IMG/VR virus record: IMGVR_UViG_3300017721_000660
Coordinates: 1-32,469 of that record
DNA from: a virus
Taxonomy: Duplodnaviria > Caudoviricetes
Length of the DNA stretch: 32,469 nt
Strand: one strand, 5' to 3'
Shown one piece after another: positions 1-8,409 of the stretch (within the stretch, counting starts at the first letter, position 1; each line of letters opens with the position of its first letter). Both the position numbers and the translations under genes were made by a program. The notes beneath the pieces were generated by a model, which worked only from the letters and a program-made list of their open reading frames with translations, did not search any database and was not told the DNA's origin.

Positions 1-660
1 ACCGTGCCAGTAGACTAACTGGCCCGCCTCATAGTCGCGGCTAGTGGCCCACGTAGTAGGGAGATCCGCAGACTTGAAGGTGCGCAGATACCCAGTCCCA
101 GTGCTCGTGAGAGACACCAGACCCGTAGGCCCAGAGCTGCTGAACAGCTGGAACCGGCGCGTCGTGAACTCGTCGGTCCCGCCCACAAAATAAGTGTTGC
201 TGCCGCTCACCCCAGCGGGCCAGTCCGTGCCATCTTTATCGACCAGCATCCTGACTTCTGTGTTCGACACGTAGCCGTGGTGTTCTCTACCCACGAAAGC
301 GTCGTTAGCTACGTCAACGGCTAGCGGCGCGTCACCCAGATCAAAAGGGACTGCCCACTTCAGCGCGGCACCTTGCGTGAAGAAGCGCGCCACTGACTGA
401 CCGGCCGCATTGCGGCTGACCTCAACGACCAGACTCTGCCCTGTCGAGTAGATGAAAGGCACGAGCCTCGGCGCCGCTGTCGCTGTCGACGTGGCGACGT
501 GGCGCAGCCCCGGCCGTGTGCGAGCAGGTCCCTGGGGCTTTACGACCCAGTTCTTTAGCTGCGCCGCCCCTGTGCGATACTGCACCGCGTCGGGCCTGCC
601 ATATAGCTCGGGGGCTATCTCGCCCCCTGCAAAAGAGAGCTGCACGGTGCGCGTGTTCAT
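1..660 (-). CDS. Tail tubular protein B / nozzle (BPP-1-like), N-terminal part; runs off the left edge
   Basis: Not in the ORF track. ATG at 660 overlaps the TGA of the upstream gene (ATGA). Translates MNTRTVQLSFAGGEIAPELYGRPDAVQYRTGAAQLKNWVVKPQGPARTRPG with no stop to base 1. QxSFxGGEIxP...N....QG...RPG is the typical N-terminus of podophage nozzle proteins, and the gene follows the adaptor gene. Confidence 0.85.
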   Translation of the reverse strand, partial: MNTRTVQLSFAGGEIAPELYGRPDAVQYRTGAAQLKNWVVKPQGPARTRPGLRHVATSTATAAPRLVPFIYSTGQSLVVEVSRNAAGQSVARFFTQGAALKWAVPFDLGDAPLAVDVANDAFVGREHHGYVSNTEVRMLVDKDGTDWPAGVSGSNTYFVGGTDEFTTRRFQLFSSSGPTGLVSLTSTGTGYLRTFKSADLPTTWATSRDYEAGQLVYWHG

Positions 661-3600
661 CGGCGGTAGGACCCTGGGTTGCTGCGGTGCCGCAAGAAGG
701 TCGGCACGTGATTACTTATGTCGACATCACGCTTGGTGTCGCCGTCGTGCTTGGTCGCGGTGCGGAGTGCGCGCTCGGCCATCCCGGCCGCAGCCACTGC
801 TTTCTTCGACCCCTCTTCGCCCTTAATGACGGCGCCGGCCATGTGGAACACCAAGCGCCAAGCAAGCGCCGACGTGAACGTCGTGCTCCACTTAGTCGGG
901 TCCGTGACTTTGGCCACGTAAAGCATCAGCGCATCGTCGAGGTCAGTCAGCAACACCCGGTCACCGTTGTCGTCGAGCTCGACCGTATACTCATACTGTC
1001 CCGTCGTGCCCATCGTCTTGTAGTTGTAGTCGACATCGGAGCGAACCAAGCCCAGCACTGACGCGACGCCTTCGGGGTAGTCGTATGCGTATTTGTAGTC
1101 TACGCGCGGAGATGCCGAACGCTTAGTCGGCCTCACCGAACGAAGCGCAAAGTCCCACGGGTGGCGCTCGATAAGCTCGTCGCGCGCGAGGGGCAAGAAC
1201 TGCCGGCACAGTTCGGCTTCTCTCGTCGTGTCAGTGTCGACGTTAGTTAAGCGCCCAGGCTCACCCAGGTAAGACAGTGCCATGTTGCAGACTTCCGTCT
1301 CGGTGTAGCCGCTGCGTTCGAGCGCTTTGTATGCAGTGAACGCGCGCTTGCCTAACGTGTCCATCTCTGCCCCGTGGTAGTGGAACCCGTCAGCGTCGGA
1401 GTTGCCGGCGAAGGTGTCTCGTTCGGCGTGCACCTCCAAGTCAGTGCCCACCAACGCGCGGCTGTATGGGTCCGCGGCCGCTTCTGCGTCGATAGCCGCG
1501 TTCACGGTCGCCGCATACGGCCACGCAGTCAGCGTCTCTTTGATCGTGGCGTGTAGCCATTTGATACGCGCGGCCTTGACGGGCGCCAGACCGCGGTCGT
1601 AGAGCGCCTGCCGCACAGACTGCTTGAGACGGTTGAGATTCTGCCGGTAAGTCGAAGCGGTGTATTCGGCCATGGCATCTGCTTCGCCCTGGTTGAAGTG
1701 CACGACCACGTCTTTGATCGTCGAGCCTTCCTCCGTTAGTGCTAGTTTGACCCCGTCGAGGGTGTCTTCCAACCTAGCGAAACACCCGTTCTCTTCGCCC
1801 GGCGCCCAGCTGATCTGTTGGTTCTCATCAAGCCAGCCAAACGTGGAGGCCGTGCCTGTCGGGTGCACTTCTCTGTGGCTGATTGACGTGCCACCAAAAG
1901 CTAACGGGACGAACAGCGTTCGGCGGCCGGTGTAGTTGTATAGGTCGAACGACAACTGTAGCCCGGCTGTTACTCCGGCGGACTGCTGCGACGTTTCTTC
2001 GCCATAGAAGGACCCTACGACGTAGCCGTCGAACGGCATGTAGCGACGCGGTGTCCCGAACTGACTCGGGTAGTTGAAGCCCGGCGGGTGGGGGTTGAAC
2101 CCATTATCGTTGTCGACCGTCTGAGCGTAGTGGGTGCCGCTCCCTGCGGCTGATGTCTGTAGTAGGCTAGGGCCCCCATACGTCTCAGCGATGAATATCG
2201 CGTTGCCCGCAGCTTTTGCTGAGTAGTAAGTCTTGCCGGGGATCAGCCCGTTGGGGAGCTCGCCGGTAGTGAAGAACTGCACCGATGTCTTGAGCGGAGC
2301 GTTGAGGCCAGTGGACACTATCTCGGTCGTCGAGCCCGACGAGATGGTGACAGCGACAGTCCCCGAAGAACGCGCGCCGCGGGCTTTCCCCTCGAAGGGC
2401 GACCAAGGTAACAGCTGGCAGAACTTCTCGAACGGGCGCTCCTGGTCACCTACTGGAGTAGGCTCCAGCACGAACACGTCGTTTCGTTCAGGCGTGCTCG
2501 CCCAGCTACCGTCAAAGTGGACCTGGGACAGGAAGGGAGTGACATCGAAAGTCACGTGCGTTCCGTGCTTCCACTGCCCGAGGTTGGCGCCGGAGACGCA
2601 GCGCAATCTCAAGCCGCTGATTGACCCGTTAAACCGGGCAGTGGTCTGCCATTGCACTGTGCGTGACGCTACTTCGGGTGTCGTCCGGTCGATCTCGTCA
2701 CCCCCACGGACATCAGACACGAACCACATCGTGTATGCGTCAAGACGCTCGACCACCGGCTGCTCCCCGCCCCACGTGTAAGTAGTTGCGGCGCCGCCGA
2801 GCTCCGTCAACGTCAATACTTCCGCACCGGCAGCGAATGCCACTGCGCTCACAAGGTAGTCACCTGCGGGGAGCCCCGCCGGCGCGCTCGAACTCGGGTA
2901 ACTGACCCTGATCTTTTCACCTTGCGTGAACTCAACCGCGACGATGACAGACAGAAAATTATTTACTGCCTGTGAGGCAGTCAACAAAGACGGCACCTCA
3001 ACAGTTGGCTGTCGCGTAGGCCAGCGAACCAGAGCGCCGGCCGCGAACGTGAGCAAGAACGTCTCCCCTGTCCCGGCGAACGAAATCGGAGTGCCGCCAA
3101 GAGTCGCCGCTATCCCCAGCGCGCTGCCGCTAACGCTGACCACGTAGTAGGTCTGTCCTATTGTGATCTCGGCAGGGGTCGAGCCGGGACCCCCCGTAAC
3201 CGGGATCACGGCATCGCCTAGCGCCCAGTAGTTGTCCGCACCAGGGTATCCAACGAGAGACACACCTCCGGTAGTGCAGATTGAAGTGGTGCCACCTCCC
3301 GGCAAGTTAGAGTTTTGGTTGGTCGACTGAATTGCCCGGCCAGCACGTAGCGGCCGTTCGACAGAGTGGAGAACTAGCTTACCGCTCGACTTAGCGAAGC
3401 GCTCAGTCGCTGCCACCAACTCATACTTGCCTTCTACTTGACCACCGAAAAAAGCGTCAAACGACAGCGGCGAAGATGCACTCCCTGCGTCTTTCTGCAA
3501 CCTCATGTCGACGGTAAACTCTTCGTCGTCACTCTGCGCGGGGACGAACGGCGGGTCGACGACTAGGCGTGACCCACCAGTGTTACCCAACCCAGTGGGT

Positions 3601-4343
3601 GCGTATGTGTGAGTTGACCCGGTGCGCTTGCGCGTGATTAAGAACGGCACAGCTGTGTTGTTGACCTTCCACACAGAGACAGTCTGCCCCGTAACCGTGA
3701 GGTCGACGGCCGCGCCTTCCGGCCACGTCTGGATGTCAAAGTCCGCGCCGGCAACGGCAGTGACTTTGAACGGGCCGCGGTTGGCTAGCCCCAGTGCGGC
3801 AAAGTCCGCGCTGAACACTACGATGTCGTTGACCGCGAATGTGGCGGACCCTGTTGACGTAATAGTGTCGCCGCTGATCGACGTAGCAACTCTATGCTCT
3901 CGACCTTGCTGGACAATAAAATTGGTCGCGAACTCTCTCGCCGTGTTCGGAGTCAACGCGTTGGCTGTCGGCACGACATTGTATGTGCCGGGCCAACTCC
4001 GCGCGTAGCCGCCTGTTGTCTGCAACGTGCCGATAGGGTTGTAGAACGTCGCGACGCGGACAGCGTCGACAGCTACACCTCGGAGATTGACTGTCTGCCA
4101 CGTGCCGTTGATGGCGGCGCCATACACCACGCCTGTGTCGCCAACCTGGGGGCCGCCCTTGAACGTAGCCGCGAGAGTGAAGTCATCGCGGTATGAGCCA
4201 GTGCTGAACTGCTTTACTTGCGAGCGCGCGGTGTTAGGTGACCGAATAGCGAGCTCGGGGTGTTTGTCTTCCCACCCTTGGATGTCGCCAACCGGCGAAG
4301 CGTTCGACTGACCAATCTCAAGAACAAGCGTATATTCAACCAT
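657..4343 (-). CDS. Fusion protein: split SGNH/SASA-type esterase with beta-rich repeats plus C-terminal tail tubular protein A (adaptor)
   Basis: 1228 aa. SGNH blocks: IGQSNA (aa 10-15), AFGGTSI (about aa 815-821), HFNQGEADA (about aa 882-890), DGFH (aa 985-988). From aa 1013, EVCNMALSYLGE...ARDELIERHPWDFA...YAYDYP...LYVAKVTD...FTSALAWRL matches podophage tail adaptor proteins. Confidence 0.8.
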   Translation of the reverse strand: MVEYTLVLEIGQSNASPVGDIQGWEDKHPELAIRSPNTARSQVKQFSTGSYRDDFTLAATFKGGPQVGDTGVVYGAAINGTWQTVNLRGVAVDAVRVATFYNPIGTLQTTGGYARSWPGTYNVVPTANALTPNTAREFATNFIVQQGREHRVATSISGDTITSTGSATFAVNDIVVFSADFAALGLANRGPFKVTAVAGADFDIQTWPEGAAVDLTVTGQTVSVWKVNNTAVPFLITRKRTGSTHTYAPTGLGNTGGSRLVVDPPFVPAQSDDEEFTVDMRLQKDAGSASSPLSFDAFFGGQVEGKYELVAATERFAKSSGKLVLHSVERPLRAGRAIQSTNQNSNLPGGGTTSICTTGGVSLVGYPGADNYWALGDAVIPVTGGPGSTPAEITIGQTYYVVSVSGSALGIAATLGGTPISFAGTGETFLLTFAAGALVRWPTRQPTVEVPSLLTASQAVNNFLSVIVAVEFTQGEKIRVSYPSSSAPAGLPAGDYLVSAVAFAAGAEVLTLTELGGAATTYTWGGEQPVVERLDAYTMWFVSDVRGGDEIDRTTPEVASRTVQWQTTARFNGSISGLRLRCVSGANLGQWKHGTHVTFDVTPFLSQVHFDGSWASTPERNDVFVLEPTPVGDQERPFEKFCQLLPWSPFEGKARGARSSGTVAVTISSGSTTEIVSTGLNAPLKTSVQFFTTGELPNGLIPGKTYYSAKAAGNAIFIAETYGGPSLLQTSAAGSGTHYAQTVDNDNGFNPHPPGFNYPSQFGTPRRYMPFDGYVVGSFYGEETSQQSAGVTAGLQLSFDLYNYTGRRTLFVPLAFGGTSISHREVHPTGTASTFGWLDENQQISWAPGEENGCFARLEDTLDGVKLALTEEGSTIKDVVVHFNQGEADAMAEYTASTYRQNLNRLKQSVRQALYDRGLAPVKAARIKWLHATIKETLTAWPYAATVNAAIDAEAAADPYSRALVGTDLEVHAERDTFAGNSDADGFHYHGAEMDTLGKRAFTAYKALERSGYTETEVCNMALSYLGEPGRLTNVDTDTTREAELCRQFLPLARDELIERHPWDFALRSVRPTKRSASPRVDYKYAYDYPEGVASVLGLVRSDVDYNYKTMGTTGQYEYTVELDDNGDRVLLTDLDDALMLYVAKVTDPTKWSTTFTSALAWRLVFHMAGAVIKGEEGSKKAVAAAGMAERALRTATKHDGDTKRDVDISNHVPTFLRHRSNPGSYRR

Positions 4344-4352
4344 TGTGCTCTC

Positions 4353-4391
4353 TATATAAAAGCCCCACCTCCGCGTGTGCGGTGGCGGGGC
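4353..4391 (-). terminator. Intrinsic terminator ending the head-gene transcript
   Basis: Minus strand reads GCCCCGCCACCGC-ACAC-GCGGAGGTGGGGC followed by TTTTATATA, downstream of the 71-aa gene. Confidence 0.7.
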
Positions 4392-4428
4392 ATCGACCTA
4401 CTCTCGTCCCTCTCTAAGACTGCTTCTG

Positions 4429-4644
4429 CTAAAGCAAGTCGTCGATGTCATCGCCTACCGTTAGCTCCACTTCACGGGGCACGTTCGATTGGACGGGCGA
4501 CGTGTCGCCCGCGTCCAACTCCAGAAACACGTTTGCGTTGGCTTCGCCGGAATACATGAACTCATCACCTTCTTTGCGGACGATGTGGTTCACGTAGGCT
4601 TTGCGAAGTGCGCGCACGCGGCGCTGAGGTTGGGGGGTATCCAT
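4429..4644 (-). CDS. Small conserved phage protein following the capsid/cement genes
   Basis: 71 aa containing VRALRKAYVNHIVRKEGDEF. Sits in operon order after the cement gene, as in BPP-1-like phages. Confidence 0.65.
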   Translation of the reverse strand: MDTPQPQRRVRALRKAYVNHIVRKEGDEFMYSGEANANVFLELDAGDTSPVQSNVPREVELTVGDDIDDLL

Positions 4645-4648
4645 ACGA

Positions 4649-5143
4649 TTAAGTGCTCGTGCTTGCGGGGTAGATGCGCGGCGTGGTGCTCGTGTCGAGC
4701 GTCAGTTTGGTCGTGACTTTACCGTTACTGAACGCGCCTTCGCCGCCCGTGACGGTGTATTTCAGCCCGAAGTATCGGCGGCCGTTCAATACGCTCGTCG
4801 GGGTGCCGTCGTGCGCGTAGATCGTGAAGTCTTCACCCCAACGGTAGAAACCGAGAGCAAAGAAATACTGCGAGTGAAGCGTCAGATTGGCTGCCAGCAA
4901 CCCAGGAGCTACGACGATCTCTTGCGCGTTCGTCGTCAGCGCGGCGTTGTCTGCGACAACCCCCGTGACGGTGAGCGTTTCGCCACCGGCAAAGTCCACG
5001 CTCACGACCTGCATTTGCAGGAAGAGGGGCGTCCCTTCTCCGAGGTCGCGAACGTCCTCTAAGTCGATCACGTTCGTCGAGTTGGCGGTAGCCGTGATTG
5101 CTTGCGCTTCTGATAAGCGCCAGTTGTGTTCAATGTATGCCAT
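4649..5143 (-). CDS. Capsid cement/decoration protein, Bbp16-like (paralog 2)
   Basis: 164 aa. LSEAQAITATANSTNVIDL...DLGEGTPLFL...RRYFGLKYTVTG...GKVT are hallmark Bbp16-family jelly-roll motifs. Confidence 0.85.
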   Translation of the reverse strand: MAYIEHNWRLSEAQAITATANSTNVIDLEDVRDLGEGTPLFLQMQVVSVDFAGGETLTVTGVVADNAALTTNAQEIVVAPGLLAANLTLHSQYFFALGFYRWGEDFTIYAHDGTPTSVLNGRRYFGLKYTVTGGEGAFSNGKVTTKLTLDTSTTPRIYPASTST

Positions 5144-5159
5144 TTGTGGATCCTATAAG

Positions 5160-5181
5160 GCGGGCTGCCGAAGCAGCCCGC
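5160..5181 (-). promoter_or_regulatory. Perfect 9-bp hairpin with a C(UUCG)G tetraloop between the two cement genes (weak terminator or RNA stabiliser)
   Basis: Minus strand reads GCGGGCTGC-TTCG-GCAGCCCGC then CTTATAGG; there is no true U-tract. Confidence 0.6.
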
Positions 5182-5187
5182 TACGGG

Positions 5188-5745
5188 TTAGACGACGAAG
5201 CCCGACCGGTGGAAGTGCTTCAGACCTTGGACACCAGTGTCCTTGCCAATCGTCAACCACGCCTGCACCTTGCCCTGCGTGAAGGCGTTGGAGCCGTCAG
5301 TGTTGGTCGCCTTCAGTGAGATGAAGTTGTGCGTTCCTGCACCGTCTAGGTCGACCTCCAGCGGCTTCAACGGGATCAAGATTGCGTTGGCGGCCGCCGG
5401 TTGCAAGATGCCGACATCGTTGGTCGCGCTGTCCGCTACGGTTAGATCCGCGCAACTGAACGCCTGCGTCTCACCGACGCGATACGGGGTCCCGCCGCCA
5501 GCGTTGTCGGTAGCCAAGAGAACGTCAAAGCGCAAGTCGGCTGCATTACCGCCGGCAGAGGTGAACGACTCGACGACGTTAATCGCCACCCACAAGTCCT
5601 GGCCGCCGCCGATGTCGTCCCACGACGTTACACCAGAAGGGAGCGTGATCGCGTCTGGTCCGTAAGCAACGCCGTCAGCCGCCAAGGCCCCGAGGTCCCA
5701 GTCGGATGACCGGGTAAAGTTTAAGTGATGGTCACGAATTGCCAT
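5188..5745 (-). CDS. Capsid cement/decoration protein, Bbp16-like (paralog 1)
   Basis: Start reassigned to ATG 5745, which has an AGGAGG RBS right after the capsid stop; 185 aa. MAIRDHHLNF...DIGGGQDLWVAINVVESFTSAG...FTQGKVQAWL. Confidence 0.8.
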   Translation of the reverse strand: MAIRDHHLNFTRSSDWDLGALAADGVAYGPDAITLPSGVTSWDDIGGGQDLWVAINVVESFTSAGGNAADLRFDVLLATDNAGGGTPYRVGETQAFSCADLTVADSATNDVGILQPAAANAILIPLKPLEVDLDGAGTHNFISLKATNTDGSNAFTQGKVQAWLTIGKDTGVQGLKHFHRSGFVV

Positions 5746-5755
5746 TTCATTCCTC

Positions 5756-6805
5756 CTAGGAAACCACGTCTTCAGTGTTGAGGATCGCGTCGCAACGACG
5801 GATCGGAATGCCCATGAAGGACAGGTATTGGCGCGCCGTGCCGTAGCTCGACAAACCCTGCTCAATCGTCAGGACTGAGGACTGCTTCTCCATCGCCATG
5901 CGCGACAGCGCGCTGTGAACCGTCCGGTTCATGTAGAACGCCGGCTTGCACATACCCAGGTTCGGGACGCGGTAGATCGCCTCCGCCATCTGGTGGATGA
6001 TGTTGGTGGTGTATGCGGTCATCGCCTGTTTGCCAGTGAAACCGGCGAGTTCGCTGACCATGATGTTGCATACGCGCGCGGCGTAGCGCCAATCCTTCAC
6101 GACCAAGCCCATCTTCCAGCAGAACCAGTCGACGAGCGCCTGCATCTTGCCGGTGTAGGTGCCAGTGCCATCAGCAGCAGAGAAGATGTCGACCGATTGC
6201 TCGCCGAGATCCTTTTGCTCCAGGCCGGCGGAGCTCCCCTTCGGGAACACAAAGTGGCAGGTCTCGTCAGACCAACCGATCAGGTAGATCGAAGTCTGCG
6301 CACCGCCGCCGGTGCCTTCGCAGTCGAAGATGTTTTGCGCGTTGCCCGCGGACAGCGAGCTGTAGCGCGGGGCGATACCCATGAACTTCTCAGGGTTAGC
6401 GGCCGTGTTCCCGTAGAACATCGTGGTCGCCATCTCTTGGTTCATGGCTTCGAGGCGCATGCGCGCTTCTGACAGGCGCAAAGCGCGCTCGTCGTCTTCA
6501 AGGCTGGCGAGCGCAATGTCGACCTCAGAACGTGACTCCAGCATGCCGATGCCTTCGTCGATCTGTGCCGTCGTGCCGTGGCTCGGGTAGACGCCTTGGT
6601 TGACTTGGCGCCAGTAAACGTCCGGCAGGCCGGTCGCGACGGTCACACGGTGTGATGTCGGGCCGTTGGCCATCTTGAAGACGCCGTCGTCGAGGATCTC
6701 GTTCGACTGCGAGAGAATGTTCGCGATGTCGGCCATGGAGCCGTTCGGGTCGCGACGCTTGGCCCAGTCGGCCAAAGTGAGATTAGTGGTTGGAAGAGTT
6801 GCCAT
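5756..6805 (-). CDS. Major capsid protein (Bbp17-like, HK97 fold)
   Basis: 349 aa. LTLADWAKRRDP...ILSQSNEILDD...TGLPDVYWRQVNQG...FYGN...GLVVKDWRYAARVCNI...FMGIPIRRCDAILNTE. Confidence 0.93.
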   Translation of the reverse strand: MATLPTTNLTLADWAKRRDPNGSMADIANILSQSNEILDDGVFKMANGPTSHRVTVATGLPDVYWRQVNQGVYPSHGTTAQIDEGIGMLESRSEVDIALASLEDDERALRLSEARMRLEAMNQEMATTMFYGNTAANPEKFMGIAPRYSSLSAGNAQNIFDCEGTGGGAQTSIYLIGWSDETCHFVFPKGSSAGLEQKDLGEQSVDIFSAADGTGTYTGKMQALVDWFCWKMGLVVKDWRYAARVCNIMVSELAGFTGKQAMTAYTTNIIHQMAEAIYRVPNLGMCKPAFYMNRTVHSALSRMAMEKQSSVLTIEQGLSSYGTARQYLSFMGIPIRRCDAILNTEDVVS

Positions 6806-6811
6806 AGCTGC

Positions 6812-7495
6812 TTACTTCTTTTTGCCGTAGAGGCGGTCCATTGTCGGGCCGGGATTGTTAAACACATCCCCTGACATGCCCTGCGTCGCGGGGGCGTCTC
6901 CGCCATCGACGACCTTGTCCTCACTCAAGCGGGACCCGAAGTAACGGAACATCCGCACCATCTCGGGGTGAACATCCAAACCGGATGTCTTTAGCAGCGA
7001 TTGCAGTTCGTTAGAGGCACCCATTCGGTATGCCTTGCGTGCGAGGCCGACGCTTTCGTCGAGCTTCGGCCCTCCGATCTCAGGATCGGACGCTACCTCA
7101 TTCGCCCACGTTTGAACTTGGGCGGCAAGAACTGCTTTCTGGCGCTCTGCAATACGCGGAGCAACAGAATCGATCAGGGTCTGCGCCTTGCTTTGAGACA
7201 AGTCGAGCTCCTTCGCAGTAGTCTCAAAAGTAGCGAGGACATCTGTATCTAACGAGTCGACACCTTCAGGTGTCGAGAATTGCTCGTAAGCGTCAGGTGC
7301 TCCTTCAGGGACTACGGCCGCTGATTCGTCAGAGCTAGGCTCTTCGGAAGGCGTCGATTGTTCGGTCGTCTGCTGGTCAGCATCACCTGCCACAAGGCTC
7401 ACCGAGCTCTGCTCAGTGGACTCTGTTTGGGTTTCTGCTGGAGCCGGCGTCCCTTCTTGAAGCTCGGGGGTAGCGGTCTCTTGGTTTTCGGTCAC
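6812..7495 (-). CDS. Capsid scaffolding/assembly protein (Bbp18-like)
   Basis: 227 aa with an acidic low-complexity N-terminus and AKELDLSQSKAQ...DPEIGG...GLDVHPEMVRMF...LSED; directly upstream of the major capsid gene. Confidence 0.85.
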   Translation of the reverse strand: MTENQETATPELQEGTPAPAETQTESTEQSSVSLVAGDADQQTTEQSTPSEEPSSDESAAVVPEGAPDAYEQFSTPEGVDSLDTDVLATFETTAKELDLSQSKAQTLIDSVAPRIAERQKAVLAAQVQTWANEVASDPEIGGPKLDESVGLARKAYRMGASNELQSLLKTSGLDVHPEMVRMFRYFGSRLSEDKVVDGGDAPATQGMSGDVFNNPGPTMDRLYGKKK

Positions 7496-7794
7496 GGGTT
7501 CTCCCGTATCATGGTGGCATACGTTTCGGGACAGAGCTCGAAGATGCGGTCAACAAGTTCCGCTTGCACGAAGTCCGCGACGCCAACGTGACGAGCCATC
7601 GTCAAGCTATGCGTATCGAAGTTCTTGGAGCGGCTGCGGCCACGTCTCAGGAGCCGCGCTACGATGCGACGGCCCCACTCTGCGCGCATGAGCCTGACAA
7701 GATCCTCGTCCTCCATAACGATGCGGGCCCGCGTTCTTCCTGAAGAAGTAGCGCGGTCAGCTTCGATCTGAGACTTGGTCTTGACTCCAGGCAC
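7492..7794 (-). CDS. Bbp19-like head-module protein
   Basis: DLVRLMRAEWGRRIVARLL...NFD...MA motif, positioned before the scaffold gene. Start placed at GTG 7794, just after the small Cys-rich ORF; the start is uncertain. Confidence 0.7.
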   Translation of the reverse strand: MPGVKTKSQIEADRATSSGRTRARIVMEDEDLVRLMRAEWGRRIVARLLRRGRSRSKNFDTHSLTMARHVGVADFVQAELVDRIFELCPETYATMIRENP

Positions 7795-7804
7795 GGGGCA
7801 AAAG

Positions 7805-7972
7805 CTAGCATGGAGACGCGGGCTTCTGGGCCCCTTGCACGCGGGGGTGGTAAACCAACACAGACCGCCGGCACTCAGGGCAGCTGAAGTTCGACTCGAA
7901 CTCCCAGTCTTCGTCATCCTCGCAGGAGTGGTCACCACCATGCGTAAGCTCGCTTCCGCAAACGCATTTCAC
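7805..7972 (-). CDS. Small Cys-rich (zinc-ribbon-like) phage protein, 55 aa
   Basis: Not in the ORF track. GTG overlaps the upstream TGA (GTGA). Sequence: MKCVCGSELTHGGDHSCEDDEDWEFESNFSCPECRRSVLVYHPRVQGAQKPASPC, with CxC and CxxC pairs. Confidence 0.75.
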   Translation of the reverse strand: MKCVCGSELTHGGDHSCEDDEDWEFESNFSCPECRRSVLVYHPRVQGAQKPASPC

Positions 7973-8073
7973 CGCTTCTTGGCCGGCTTCTTGGCCGGCT
8001 TCTTCGCGGCCTTCTTGGCTGCTTTCTTCGTGGGCGCCTTGGGGCGCGAGTAGTCACTTGATTTACGTGGCAT
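7969..8073 (-). CDS. 34-aa Lys/Ala/Pro-rich histone H1-like peptide
   Basis: ATG 8073 with an AAGGA RBS. Sequence: MPRKSSDYSRPKAPTKKAAKKAAKKPAKKPAKKR, encoded by 12-nt tandem repeats. Confidence 0.7.
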   Translation of the reverse strand: MPRKSSDYSRPKAPTKKAAKKAAKKPAKKPAKKR

Positions 8074-8081
8074 GTGTATCC

Positions 8082-8396
8082 TTACGTCTTTCCTGCCGTT
8101 AATCGGGCCACGCGTTCCGCGGCCGTAGCTGCGGGCCCGCGCCACAAGCGCACGCCTGCGACGGCGAGGCCCACTTCGAGAACGATCTTCCCTAGCTGCA
8201 TATACCAAGGTTCGCCGGTGCCGGCGAGCAGCGCTTGGCGCATCGCCTCGGCCTGCTCGCCGGTGATGGTTCCTTGCTCCGCGAGCTGGTTGATGACTGC
8301 CCGAGCAGCATCTAGCTGCTCGTTACTGAACAAGCCACAAGAACACAGCGCGCAACCCATGGCGGCCAATGCAACAAAACGAATCCAACTTCTCAT
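8082..8396 (-). CDS. Putative lipoprotein (possible spanin)
   Basis: Signal peptide MRSWIRFVALAAMGCALCS|C with a lipobox-like LCSC, and a moderately hydrophobic C-terminal segment. Confidence 0.6.
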   Translation of the reverse strand: MRSWIRFVALAAMGCALCSCGLFSNEQLDAARAVINQLAEQGTITGEQAEAMRQALLAGTGEPWYMQLGKIVLEVGLAVAGVRLWRGPAATAAERVARLTAGKT

Positions 8397-8409
8397 GTCT
8401 ACTCCAGAA

